DNA of 64,000 nt from NCBI RefSeq assembly GCF_009914755.1, contig NC_060928.1. The stretch is one strand, 5' to 3'. The notes under the pieces were generated by a model. That model did no database searches and was not told the DNA's origin. It saw only the letters and a program-made list of their open reading frames with translations. The stretch comes from the human T2T-CHM13v2.0 reference genome, Homo sapiens. The position numbers were made by a program, and so were the translations under genes. Positions 50,259 to 64,000 of this stretch are shown here, in pieces (the stretch's first letter is position 1; the number at the start of each line of letters is the position of its first letter).

Positions 50259-50998
50259 TTTACCCACATACCGTGTCATTTACTCAAAATTTGACCTTAT
50301 TGAAATTTCTTACTTTGTACAAGCATCATTTTCCTCTTTTTATTTTAAAAATGGGGATGGTTATAACATCTTTCTTGATCATAGGGTTTTGAGATGATAA
50401 AGTGAATTTTATGGTCATAAAGGTTACAAGAAATAATTATTGTTGATGTCATTATTGTTATTCAACTAAACTAGATAAAATTCAGCATGCTGAGATAAAA
50501 ACACACTTCACAAGTGTTCTAAAAACACTACATTGACTGGACATTTTCCAAAGTATTTTCTTTAATAACCTGACATGACTGTTGAACTTAATATATTTTG
50601 AGTTATTCTTTAACTCAACACATGTTTGCTGACTTAGTGACTGATTCCATCAAATAATGCCAATATGACTTTAGAAATAGCCCTTAATTCCATCCACTCC
50701 TTTTCTTCCCAAGACCTTGGCTCACCATCTCCTGCTCTGACTGTCCTATCTCCCTACTAGCATCCCTTCCACCCATTCTTGTTCTCCCCTCTTCCCAGAG
50801 GACATCCTACATACAGCTTCCCAAAAGGGTTAGTGAAAATATATCTTGTTAAGTCACTCCTCATTTATAAATCTTCCATGGTTAACTCATGACCTCCATT
50901 ATGACAAAAGTCTACCTCCACACCATGTATTGCAAAACCCTGTACGTATTTAACCAGGCTAAAGGGTCAATTACTGAAATACACCATATTGTTCCTAC

Positions 50999-51393
50999 TG
51001 ATGTGGTTTCACTCTGTTTCCACCTGAGTCCCACCTTGAATTGTAATAATCCCCACATGTCAAGGATGGGGCTAGGTGGAGACAATTGAATCATGGGGGC
51101 AATTTCCCTCATACTGTTGTCATGGTAGTGAACAAGTGTCATGAGATCTGACATGACATAATGTCATGTCATATAAATGGGACATATAAATGAGACTTTA
51201 TATGGGAGTTCCCCTGCACATGCTTTCTTGCCTGCTGCCATATAAGACATGACTTTGCTACTCCTTTGCCTTCTGCCATGATTGTGAGGCCTCCCCAGCC
51301 ATGTGGAACTGTGAGTCCATTAAACCTCTTTTTCTTTATAATTACTCAGTCTTGGATACGTCTTTATTAGCAGCGTGAGAACAGACTAATACA
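50999..51393 (+). mobile_element. THE1D-like solo LTR with an internal palindromic insertion
   Basis: tgatgtggtt...gagaacagactaataca; TSD cctac/ccaac at 50994-50998 and 51394-51398; inserted in an L2 relic. Confidence 0.9.
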
Positions 51394-52403
51394 CCAACAA
51401 TCAATACAATTGCACATGCTGCTTTTCCTTGCCTAGAATGTTCTTTCTCCTCTTTTTATCCAACTAACTGTTATCCTTTAATAACCCAGCTCTCAAGTAA
51501 CTCAAAAGATGTCTTTTGTGTCCTCTTACCTTTCTCTCCATTTGACTAGTTGTGTACTTCGTATATATCTCCATCATGGCATGTATCACACTCTGATATG
51601 ACTCTTCAGAGATAACATGAGACTTAGGGGCTAAGAGTCCACATGCTGCTCTTACTGTGGAACTTACATGCCTGGCATCAGCCACTCAAAAATTCTGGTG
51701 AACTGATTTCCATTGGTTTGAATTTCTTTAGCTAATTCATTTAATTTCAGTTTGACTAATATTTATTTGCACCTGTTACATGACACACGTGGGGAAAGAC
51801 CTAGAAGATTAATTGTGAACAAGGCAGATGGATCTCTGCCTTTGTGGAACTTTTATCTAGAAAGAGATACCAGCAACATACCCATAATTGCAGTTGAGGT
51901 TGTTCAAATCAACAGAAAGTTCCATGAGAGCAGGAACGTGTTTCTTTTCTAAACTGCCCTGTACACAGCTTGAGCACAGTGTCTGCATTTAATATATGTC
52001 ATTGAATAAATGATTGTGTTGACTAGATCCACCCCCACCGTCACAATTAGGTTAATGATTTGCAATTATGTCTATTTGCATTTTTAAATCTGGAATCCAT
52101 TTTGTGCAATGGATCACACGGGAGTCTCTGGCTCTAATTTTAGGAGACAGAATGTCACAGGGCCAACAGCCATCTGTTTCCTCTGAGCAAATCTGCAACT
52201 GTGAAGTGTGACTGCAGATTTTTACAGCATTTATTGCATTTTTATTATAAAATATTTGCTTTATTTATTGAAAGAAATTTAGAATATCTTTTAAAAGGAT
52301 AAAGAAGAAAATAAAAATATCTAGAGGTAATCTCTGTGAACAGTGAAGATGTCTATATTTTTCTTTTTAGCTCCTATGCATGCATATAAAAATTGCGTGT
52401 GTG

Positions 52404-52432
52404 CACACACACACAAACACACACACACACAC
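52404..52432. repeat. (CA)n microsatellite
   Basis: cacacacacacaaacacacacacacacac. Confidence 0.9.
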
Positions 52433-52545
52433 GGGGTCACTAAGGAGTCTGGAAATATAGATGACTACATAGTAAATGGTTCATTTATAGTACATTAATA
52501 CTTGATAAAATACTATCTTCTCTGTTTCCAGAATTTATGGTATAT
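52430..52545. mobile_element. Possible degenerate Tc1/mariner-type MITE
   Basis: Imperfect inverted ends gtctggaaatatag ... ctctgtttccagaa. Confidence 0.3.
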
Positions 52546-54762
52546 ATGCTAATTGGCATGTGTTTGGTGGGTATATGCTGGGAGAGCTCTTCTCTGACAA
52601 CTTAGGGGGGTCAATAGGTTACATTAAAGTGTTTTGTTACAATATGTCAAGAGTTCCAGAAAATTCTGCCAAATGTACAGCAAGTCATTGTACAAAGGCA
52701 CAAAAATACAACTTCACTACCTTGTCGTTAGCTCAAGAAACTCCCCTTCCCAACTCCCCTTCCCAAAGGACTCAGACTAATACTTGTCATGAAAGTTGAG
52801 CTCAGAGATATCTGGATGCAGGGTCTACCAGTCTTGTGGTTGGGTTTGATGATAGCCCTCCAGGACCTGCAGATTTAGAACCAGTGCAACCCTGGACCTC
52901 AAATGCTGCATAGATGACATCAGGCAGCTGGATTTACAATTTTCATGTAAACTTGGTAGATGTCCTAATCATTTTGAACATTACTCTCCTTGCCAATAAC
53001 ATTAATTTCTACCAAACTTTTTGTTAATTAGCTCATTCTCCAGTGTAGATTTTAGCAACAATATTATAAGTGTCATGTAACCACTCGAAAAGGGATGATT
53101 CTTGCTAATGATAATTTAAATGTTAAATAATAGCCTAGAATTAAATTAAATTTTCCCCACAAATATTAAATTTTATCTACAAACATTACATTATTCATAC
53201 AGAAGTAATTTTAAAGTGAATTATGAGGCAGACAATAAAAGGCATTAATAAACATTTTTGAATTTAATGCTCATCTGTAGTAAATACATATATTTGTTAT
53301 ACAAGAATCCATCTGTAGATTATACATGTGACCACGCAGCTATAAACACAGGCATTCCCGAACATAACAAATTTACATTATTAAATGTCAGTTTCAAATA
53401 TTTTTTTTTCAAAATGGCATTGCACGGTTTACACAAATATCTCCATGTCTGCATTCTATCTTCTCCAATAAGCATTATACCTTGAGCATTGTTTCTATGC
53501 CATGAGTATTCTTCAAGCACAATTTTTTTAAAATCTGCCTTTTGGAGTTTTTCTTTCATAGATATTATACAGCCCATGTCTTAAAATAAGAAAATGTTCT
53601 CATTTATTGCAAGTTTGCTATGTGTCAGAAGCAGTGTTAGGAATTTTCAAACATCATCTCACTTCATTCTCACAAATGTAGCTCGGAGGATTTATGTAAC
53701 TTTCCTAAGTTAATATTATAATGCTGTTCAAATGTTTTCAAATATAAGATAGATTCTTATTTTACTAAATTACCTTAAAGAGCTTTTGAGAAATTGGTAA
53801 TTACGCAGCAAATATTGAATGTTTACTCTCTTCTAGGTGGTATGTGGGGCCGTTTTTAAAAGCTAACTTATTTAATATTTATTCTCTCCTATAGTTGAGA
53901 GCTTGTCAAAGCCTTTTTACATCCATTCTATCCTTTGATCCTTTAATCAGCCAACTGAGGTGGTCTCATGGAATCAAAGAATCTCAAAGCTCAGGGGATG
54001 AACTGTCCAAGTGTTACCTAGTGCTCACCCATCTCCAGGAGCCTGGGCCCCACTGCTCACTGAGACAGCCCACACTCCAGCTAGCTTGGCTCTAACTGCA
54101 GAAGTCCTTTGGATACAGATAGAAAAGAAGGGGGTGAGTAATGTCAGAGGATTGCCTGGAGATCAAGGTGGCTGTTACCAAAACATTTCCTTGCTGAAAT
54201 CCAAACTCTTCAGGATTTACCTTTCAACTTCATCATACCCCAAGAAGACCAAAACAGCCTCTCTGCTTAGGGGAATTTCTTTTCGAGTTTAGATGGAACC
54301 TGCTGCCACGTGGAGGTTAGAATGTAGGCTTTGGAATAAGACAGACTTGTTTTGTGTCCCACCTGCTGTTAACTAGAAGCCAGCAGCTCATTTTTCCTTT
54401 ACAAGTTTTGGTCTTCTTAGAAGCAGGATAGAAACACCAATACTTTCTTTGCAATGCTCTTGTCAAGTCTGGAGAAAACTGTATGTGATACTCTTCAAAC
54501 TGGGCTTAGGAAGCACTGGGTACTGAACACCCAGTAGCGGATACTTAGAGTTACTAATGACAAAAATGGCTGCCATATATTCATTCCATAAGTGTTTATT
54601 GAACACCTGCTGGGGGTCAGGTTCTGTGAAAGTAGTCCATGGGTCACATGGAAGGCATGGAATCTGAGCTAAATAGAGAAATAAGCTTGAGGAATACTAT
54701 GGTGAATCCTTCCTTCCTCCATTTTCCATAGGGAAGAACATTTATTTAGTGCCCAAAAGTTC

Positions 54763-55199
54763 TTGTTTTAGATTCACTGGGCTGCAATAATAAACTACAG
54801 CAAACTTCGGGGCTTATAGCAGCACAAACTCTCTGCTTTCACAGTTCTGGAGGCCAGAAGTCTGAAATCATGATGCCAGCAGGGCCATCTTCCCTGTAAC
54901 TGCTCCAGGGATAATCCCTCCTTTCCTCTTCTGGTTTCTGGTAGCTTCTGGTGACAACAGCACTGTGTCCCTGGCCTCCATCTTCACATGGTCTCCTCTG
55001 TGTCTTTTTGTCTGTCAACTCCTTTTCTGCCTTTAATAAAAACACTTGTTATTGGATGTAGGGCCTACCCTAATTCAAAATTATTTCTTCTCAAGATCCT
55101 TACCTTAATTCTATTTGCAAAGATTCTTATTCCAAATATAGTCATGTTCCATGGTTCCAGGCGGAAATATCTTTTGGCAGCCATTATCAATGCATTACA
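54763..55199 (-). mobile_element. MaLR solo LTR (MLT1B/C-like)
   Basis: cacagttctggaggccagaagtctgaaatca...agggcctaccctaat...ctcaagatccttaccttaatt. Confidence 0.85.
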
Positions 55200-55374
55200 C
55201 CATAGATCCACATTCTCCATCTTCTGGAACATGCTATAAAACTCTGCCAAGTTCGGGCTTTTCTGTATAGATGATGAAGCAAAGGAATAGGATGGACTAT
55301 CATCTTTATAATAAAATTATTCTCACTAGGTTGTTTTTCATAAAATTTTGGCTGCCTTCCAGCTCCATCTCTCT

Positions 55375-55560
55375 GAGCAGTGCTTTGAATCTAGAAACCT
55401 GCATTTAACTTGCTTCTCTGCCCCTTCACCTGCTGTGAGAGTTTGGGCAAGTGATTTAACCTCTATGGGATTCAGGTACCACACATGTAAAGTAGAAATA
55501 ATGAAGCTGGATGTAAAGGGTTGTTGTGAAGATTAAAATGACACCACATGTCATTTAAAA
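55375..55560 (+). mobile_element. MIR
   Basis: ttgggcaagtgatttaacctct...gggttgttgtgaagattaaa. Confidence 0.75.
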
Positions 55561-56727
55561 TATTGAGTTTCCAAACAGACACATCACAAACCTTTGTATA
55601 TGGACAGTATTTTCATCCCTTGCTTTTACTGACTTATAGTCTCAGTCTGGGTTTCTCTCACTGGCCATTGACAGAAAATCACATCGCTGAGCATAGATTT
55701 AGCTTTAGATTTAGCTTTAACTCTCTGAAAGCAATTTCATCTATTTCAAAGTTCATATGCAGTAGCTAACTCTTGGTCCCATGTCCTGCCAAAAAAGATG
55801 AGGCTAAATCTGTCATTCTTAGAGTTTCCATGCATTTCTCCAAGGCCATTCTCCTAGCCTGTTTGGAATCTGTTTAATTTCTTTGTTTGAATTAATGGTT
55901 CCAAAAGGCCAGAATAGCAGTTCATTCTTGAGTCTTGCAAACCACACTGCACCTGAAATGGGGTGGGTGTCAGGATGTGTTCGCTGTCAGCCTCCATTTC
56001 AAAATAACTAAAAGATGTCCATTCTCCATGCTTATTTCCTCTTTTTTTTCCTCTCGACATTAAACATTGTATTTCCTTCTCTGTTCTTCATAAATGTGTT
56101 TTTAAACCCCAGACAATCCTCTTCCTTCACCCTGCACATGCAGCATATTTCTTTACCTTATCTATCCACTTACTGCAGAGCAAAGCCCAGAATTACAACA
56201 GGACTGGGCTGAGCATCAGGTACAGCTCTGCCGTCTTCCACTTGCTCTGTGCCCTGAGAGGAAGCTGCTCACAATGGTTTATGTGAATGGGCAACCATGC
56301 CCTTGGGCTTTGGGTCATGGAGGTGCATTTTGGAGGGTGGTCGTGGGGAGAGTAGAAGAGGGGGAGCAATAGTAAGACCTTAAAACCACCAAGAAAACAA
56401 AGTTGGAGATTTTATTTTCCTGGCTCCTTTGCGGCTGAGGTGCCCAAGTTTGCTGATCCCACTCCCAAAGCCCCAGCTCTTGCCAAAGGTCCTTTAAAGC
56501 AATTCTCTCATTAGGTGCTAGAACCACTTCCTCCTCTCTTGCCTTCTGGCCTGTGGGTGATAACAGGTCCCTGCTATCACCAGCATCCAGAACCGAGACA
56601 TCCCTCCTTGCCCTCCTTAAACCTTGACCACATCATCGTAACAAGTTTCTTTCCAAATATCTCCCCAAATTCCTCAACTTGATTATGTCATCTTTTTGCT
56701 GCTTTCACTCTAGAGATCCTCAAAATT

Positions 56728-56925
56728 ATGATGATGCTGCAGGTCACACATGCCCCCTTTCCGTCCTCCCACCAAGAAGAGGCTATTTGTGTGTTTCCAA
56801 ATAGGCCAACATCTTAATGAAAATGGGATTCTGGGATTGGGATGCCAGTATATTTAGAAACACACAAAGAGCCTCTTGCTGGTGGGAGGATGGGAAGGGA
56901 TATCTGTAACCTGCAGCATCATCAT
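56728..56925. repeat. Long inverted repeat, 76/75-bp arms, 47-bp spacer
   Basis: 56728-56803 is the reverse complement of 56851-56925 at about 65/76 positions by manual alignment. Confidence 0.92.
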
Positions 56926-57954
56926 GACAATGAAATTATCATCCGTAAAGGCAAGGTGGGAAATGCAAGTGCAGAGCAAAGTATTGACAGAGACAAGAAA
57001 ACGGAAACCATGAAAGTGTGACTCTGTAGTGCTCACCTCACCCCCGTGGAAGCTCGTGCTTCTGGACTTTTTAAGCACATGATTAAAATCAAGTGCTTGG
57101 CTGTTCTAGCTGTCATCAACCGAGGTTTTTACTGTTGTATTGTGCGTGCGCATGCACACGTGTATACACACATACACAGTAGGCCTACACATGTTAGCAA
57201 AGGATCAGAGGGGTAGAAGAAAGAAGGAAAGGAGAAAAGCAAACAAACCAAAGAGTTGTGGGAGGTTTGTCAAAACTCTCAAAGCTTGTAAGCAGTCACA
57301 TGTAAACCCAGACCCCTCACCCCGCACCTGCCATTCTTTCTGCTCTCCGCACCTGCCCCTTTCAGTGAATATAGGTTGTCTCTGTAGATGCTATCAAATC
57401 AGTCTTGGCTGAAACTGTTCTTAGTGCTCTCATATCCCTAAATAAAGTGTTGTAGTGGAAAGATTAGAATCCAAATTGGTCTTTTCTATTTGCGGCTTTC
57501 AAAGAATAGGCTTATTTCCCTGGATGTTCTCCTTGTGGGCAACATCATCCCTGATACACCATATCAAACATTTAATCTCCAAATGCTGCCCTTTATCTCT
57601 GACTCTCTCCATAAACATCATCGCTACTTTTGAAGGAGCACACCGAGTACTTAATACCCTTTGATGAAAGGCCCCTAATTGAATTCTTTGAAGAATGAGT
57701 AATTATTATCCTTTCATGAGAAATTTTCTGGGCAGTGCCCCATAATGGGACTTGACAAGATCTGAGAAGAGAGTAAAGTTAGATTTTCCAAACCAGGGTT
57801 GCTCGTAATTAGTATAGAGAGACCATTAGCAAGCTCCATGTCCCCCACTTACAAGAGGAGCACATGTTAGATTGTCTCAGGAAATAGTGCAGATGAGACG
57901 TGCACAGAAACTCTAAGCCAGCCAGGGACAACTGGATGCAGATGTCACACAGAA

Positions 57955-58110
57955 GGACTCCTTCTGGAGTCAGAAGACCCTCACACAAATCTCAGGACTG
58001 CCTGTGACCTTGGGCAAATGATAACACTTCTGAGTTTCAGTTTTCTTATCTGTAAAATGGGAATGAGTTAAAATTTGACAACTACATGAGGAACTGTTGT
58101 ATTTTTAAAA
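57955..58110 (+). mobile_element. MIR
   Basis: ctgtgaccttgggcaaatg...tgagtttcagttttcttatctgtaaaatggg. Confidence 0.8.
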
Positions 58111-58429
58111 ATACTGTTTGGGTGCAAGTTATTCTCATTGCCATTATCATTGCAACATGATGATTCTATGTAGCAACATGGATTTAGAATCTGCTTTATT
58201 TTTTGGCTTGATTATTGGATTTTGTTAGTTGCTCATCTTATATGGCCTAATCCCAATTACTTTAGGCATACCAATTCAGTAAAAAAGCAGTGTGTCATAA
58301 TATTCTCTGTCTTTCTCTCCTCTCTCCATCATCCCTCTTTCCTTCTTTCCTCCCTTCATTTACATTTCTAAATCCTCCTACTGGAATGACCAAAGCAATT
58401 TCTTGACATTTTTACTAATATCAAACATA

Positions 58430-58870
58430 ATTTCAGTTAAGTATCAATCATCCTATGTAGCAAACCTTCTTAAATTCGGTGGCATACTTTGTAATAATAA
58501 AAATAACTTCTTGTTCACTTGTCTATGTGTTGGCTCGAGTTTGGCTGATCTAGGCTGGGCTTAGCTCCAAAATATAGGCCTGCTTCACTAGTCTCTCATC
58601 CTCTCTGAACAAGCAGTTACACAAAGTATGTTCTTTTCATGGTAAAAGACAAGTATGCAAAGAGAAATTCTTACCATGTGAACATGTATTATGCTATTGC
58701 TCAAAAAAATATTTGTAATTGATTAAAGCAAGAAACGTGGCTAAGTCTTAAGTCAAGGGCTGAGGAAATATAATTCACTCACCGTGGCACCAGAGCTAAT
58801 CACGTGACAACCTTCAACTCAATGGATTGGCAGGGAATGAATATTTGCTGAGCAATAATCTAATCCACCC
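58430..58870 (-). mobile_element. Old MaLR LTR (MLT1-like)
   Basis: tttggctgatctaggctgggcttagctcc...attgattaaagcaagaaacgtggctaagtc...tgaatatttgctgagcaataatctaatc. Confidence 0.55.
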
Positions 58871-60484
58871 CAGATAATAGTATTTAAATTTTTTTGCCGG
58901 ACTTATATTAGAAAAAGAGCAAAGTTTAATTGCATTTCTTTAATAGCTTCTGAGAAAGGCTTTTTATATTATGATCTTAGAAAACATTTCTTGCATATCT
59001 TTTTTCTTCAGTTAATCTTTTGTGTTGTTTCTGTGGGGGGTGTCTTTGTTAATGAGTTGTTAGAGAACTTTAAAAACTGAGGCTATTCATCAATTCATGG
59101 ATCTAGGCAAATTATGGGTTATCATCTGCTTTTTAATTGTGTATGTAATGCTTTAATATGTAAATTTAATTTTTTTCTATTCTATGTTCAATTCTATGAT
59201 ATTTTTGTTTATGATCTCTGCCTCAGATACAATATTTAGAAAGACTTTTCCTATCACAAGATCACACACTTATATTGTTTCTAGTTCTATTTGGTTTTTA
59301 TGGTTTTATTGCTTATATTTACCTCAACAGGATTTTTTTCTCTAGTACAGGTTTGAGAAAGAGATTCTTCTATATTCCCAAATAAATAACTATATTTTAT
59401 GTTTAAGATGAGCCTTAAAGAAGGAATTTACCAAGGAGGTGAATAGGCTGTACTGAGGGGGAGATGATTAAGGAAATTAAGGTGACCCAGAGCACAGGGG
59501 TCTGCATGAGCAAAGCGAGTGTCTACCAACAAGGCGTTCCCAGAGAGCTTAAATGTTCACCACTGGGGCATTGGCTTGGTATGGGGCAGTGGCACCAGAG
59601 GCCAGGGGCTAAATCAAGGTGGGCTCAAGGTCTTGATGAGGAGCCCAGAGTTTACTTCAAGAGCAACAGACAGTCATCTGGCAGTATCATCTGCTCTGGG
59701 CACCTGCCAGTCACTTATGACTCCAAGGACCCCTCCAGCAGGAAGCAATTTAGAGCTCTAGCCCCAAGACCAGACAGTCTATTCTTAACAACCAGCTTCT
59801 CTTTTTCTGCTAACAGAGAAAGAAAGAGCACTCTGTTGCGCACAAGTCACTCACCAAACTGAAGCCTTGGCTCTGAAGAAGAGAAGAGCTCAGAGATGTC
59901 ATTGGGAGAGGAAGCCAATCTGTTTGCTGCCCCCAGAAAAAGAGGTCCACCTCTAGTAAAAGAGTTCCACCTTTAAGACAGCAACAAAACGAGTGTCTTG
60001 TCCTGACTGCCTAAGATCAAAAGACTGACACCAAAATGTCAATGAAAACTTTAAGAACAGTGATGTCATGATGCTTCTAGGGTATTAGGTTGATTCAATC
60101 AAAATGTAGCACCCTGGTGAATCCGTGAAGAAAAATTCACATCTGGATGAGCAGTTCCCACAGATGCCAATGATTCAATTCAGAAAGCATTAACTGACCA
60201 GTGGCATGGGCTGACAGTGAGGCTAAGAATTCTGGGACTCATATTGCCAACCCTAAGGTGGACACAGTCTAGTTGGTGAGACAGAAGTATATACAAATCA
60301 TGCTGAGGGCTTGTGCTAAAACAGAAATCTAATAAAAGTTATACAGGGTTAAGCAAGAGAGTGAAAGAGAGAGATTGATTGTGACCAGGCAATCAGGGCT
60401 GCCTTCCTGGAGGCAGTGGCATTTAGGAATGCCTAGATTCATTCTCAGAATAAAGTAATAATAATAACAGCAACAAGAGCACAT

Positions 60485-61461
60485 TTCTTGTTGGGCTCAG
60501 TAAAAACTGAAAATGCAGCTCCTTTAATCAAAATACAGGAAAAACAGTGCCATTAGAGGTACTAAAATTAAAGCGTTTTCCTTTCTTCTGTGGTCTCTGT
60601 CTCTCAACTTGTCATGTTTTTCATTTGCTATTTAACATTCTTCTCAGTAAAAGAAAATTAACATTTCAAATTAATAGCATGAGTTTTCCCATTTTCTTCA
60701 TATTGTGCAATACCAGTTTTCAATGTTGGTATAAGAATATTTATACAATTCATATTTTGTAACTCCTATGTAAGTATATATTTCATTCTGACCACATATA
60801 GTGGAAATGATACACAAAACTAACTCAACTGTTTTTCTCTTAGTTCTTCGTTTGGGCATATTCAACCAACACCTTCTGTCTTCAGCTTGATGAGTAAGGA
60901 AGGACTGAAAGGTAAAGGAACTAAGTATGATTGCCCTCTCTTTTCCTTTCCTTCTGTGTCATCATTTTCAGCATAAATTGTTGTCTAATACAGGGAAGAA
61001 ACAGGAGTAGGAAAGGATGTAATAGGGTTACTTAGTCTTTTGTGTTTCTTTAAATGACACATTTCTGTGCTTGAAGCAAGTTCTGGTCAAAACCAAAGCA
61101 TGGTCTCTCTGGTTTGTCAGTATCTCTACTTACTCAAAGGTGTACACTCTTACCTCGTGCTGACTTTGAGTTTCATTGAACTACCATGCAACGCAAATCT
61201 AGAATTCTGTGTTCATGGGGATTTGCAGTGCTCTATGGCATGGGTGGCAAGGAATGATGGGCATACCTCTTGCTCTTGTCTTCAGTACTCAAAGCATGCT
61301 CTGTTGTCCCATTGAATGCCGCTTACAAAACACAAGCTGAGATATAAAGTTATTAAGAATTTTGAGACAGTAACAGCAGAGAATTAAACCCAGCAAGGAA
61401 CTCTTCTGAGAACCAGGTTCTGCGTGACCCCACAGGTCACTCATTCACAAAGCTGGCCGTA
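60485..61461. mobile_element. MER45B/C-like hAT DNA transposon
   Basis: aaaatgcagctcctttaatcaaaa...gccattagaggtactaaaat...ataaagttattaagaatttt...cacaggtcac...aagctggcc. Confidence 0.7.
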
Positions 61462-61700
61462 ACAACAGCTGTCAGTTTGGGACTAAGCATGTAGACTTGG
61501 CACCATGCTGTGTACTCTTATACAAATTATCTTATGTAATTCTCACAGTAACCTTATAATTATCCTCATTATATTAATAAGAGAACCAAGGGTTAGGAGG
61601 ATAACTATCTTGACTAATATCCCATAGCTGGAAAATGACAGAATTTTACTTAGACTCCCAATGTCTGACCTTGGAGTCCAAGCCCTGGTTCCTGTTCTCT
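61462..61700 (-). mobile_element. MIR
   Basis: ttatcttatgtaattctcacagtaacct...attatcctcatt. Confidence 0.6.
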
Positions 61701-62007
61701 CCTCTTGGGGGTAGAACCAACAGCAGAAGGCCCTTTTAAACAGAGTGGGGATAATGTGAGCCTGATTATGTGTGCTTCTGCATTGGCCATCACAGAGGGG
61801 TTTACACACTCATCATTTACTCAGCATCTTATAGAATATTTGGGTTAAACTGGTATTTCAGTTATTTTTTAGGGTAGAGTGGAACTATCCCTTTTTTCTT
61901 ATTTTCACCAAACTTTACTTATTCTATTTCCACTCTGAGAGAATCCCATTAATTCTGTGAGGTTCAGAAACAATAATTCTTAGTATGTAAGGTCACTGTG
62001 AGAATCA

Positions 62008-63737
<1,730 letters not shown>

Positions 63738-63739
63738 TC

Positions 63740-63878
63740 ATTTGTTCATTCATTCAATTATGTATTGAATCACTCAATGTATTTTTGCTTGTCATCCCTG
63801 TCCCTGCTATGTGTTAGGTGATGTGCATACAAATTTATTGAGTAAGTCTGACAAATAGTGACACAGTCTGCTACTCAA
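63740..63878 (-). mobile_element. L2 3' end
   Basis: ttcattcattcaa...ctatgtgttagg...acacagtctgctactcaa. Confidence 0.6.
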
Positions 63879-63901
63879 TCATTCCAGTTAGCTGTACTCT
63901 T

Positions 63902-63994
63902 ATAATTTGTATAAGAGTACACAGCATGGTGCCAAGTCGACATGCTTAGTCCCAAACTGACAGCTGTTGTTACGGCCAGCTTTGTGAATGAGTG
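63902..63994 (-). repeat. 93-bp inverted copy of 61438-61530
   Basis: Reverse complement identical at 92/93 positions; only 61493 versus 63939 differs. Confidence 0.96.
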
Positions 63995-64000
63995 TTTACA

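Noticed and set aside
59464-59862. 132-aa ORF with ATG start
   Set aside because: Largely overlaps an antisense L2 relic; no recognisable domain or exon structure.

Overview
This is primate (human-like) non-coding genomic DNA, intronic or intergenic, and it is dominated by transposable elements. I can support no host protein-coding exon, tRNA, rRNA or CRISPR array. Every long ORF in the track is LINE-1 ORF1/ORF2, an Alu read-through or an ERVL remnant. Main contents: (1) a near full-length, inactivated L1PA2/L1PA3-type LINE-1 on the minus strand (986-7014) whose target-site duplication (TSD) encloses an extra 209-bp 3' transduction; (2) two 5'-inverted (twin-primed) L1PA copies at 17.3-18.5 kb and 42.0-45.7 kb; (3) an old L1M of about 5.5 kb and an L1PA7/8 fragment; (4) 11 Alus; (5) many MaLR/ERV LTRs, an ERVL pol remnant, MIR/L2 relics and DNA-transposon MITEs. 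The most unusual non-TE structures are a 93-bp near-perfect inverted templated copy with a fold-back junction (61438-61530 to 63902-63994), a 76-bp-arm inverted repeat (56728-56925), a palindromic templated insertion inside a THE1 LTR, and a 19-bp tail-only retrotransposition scar. I see no evidence for a wholly new gene system; the interest lies in retrotransposition and DNA-repair footprints. Subfamily names come from remembered consensus features, not a database search. Boundaries of old repeats are approximate (tens of bp).
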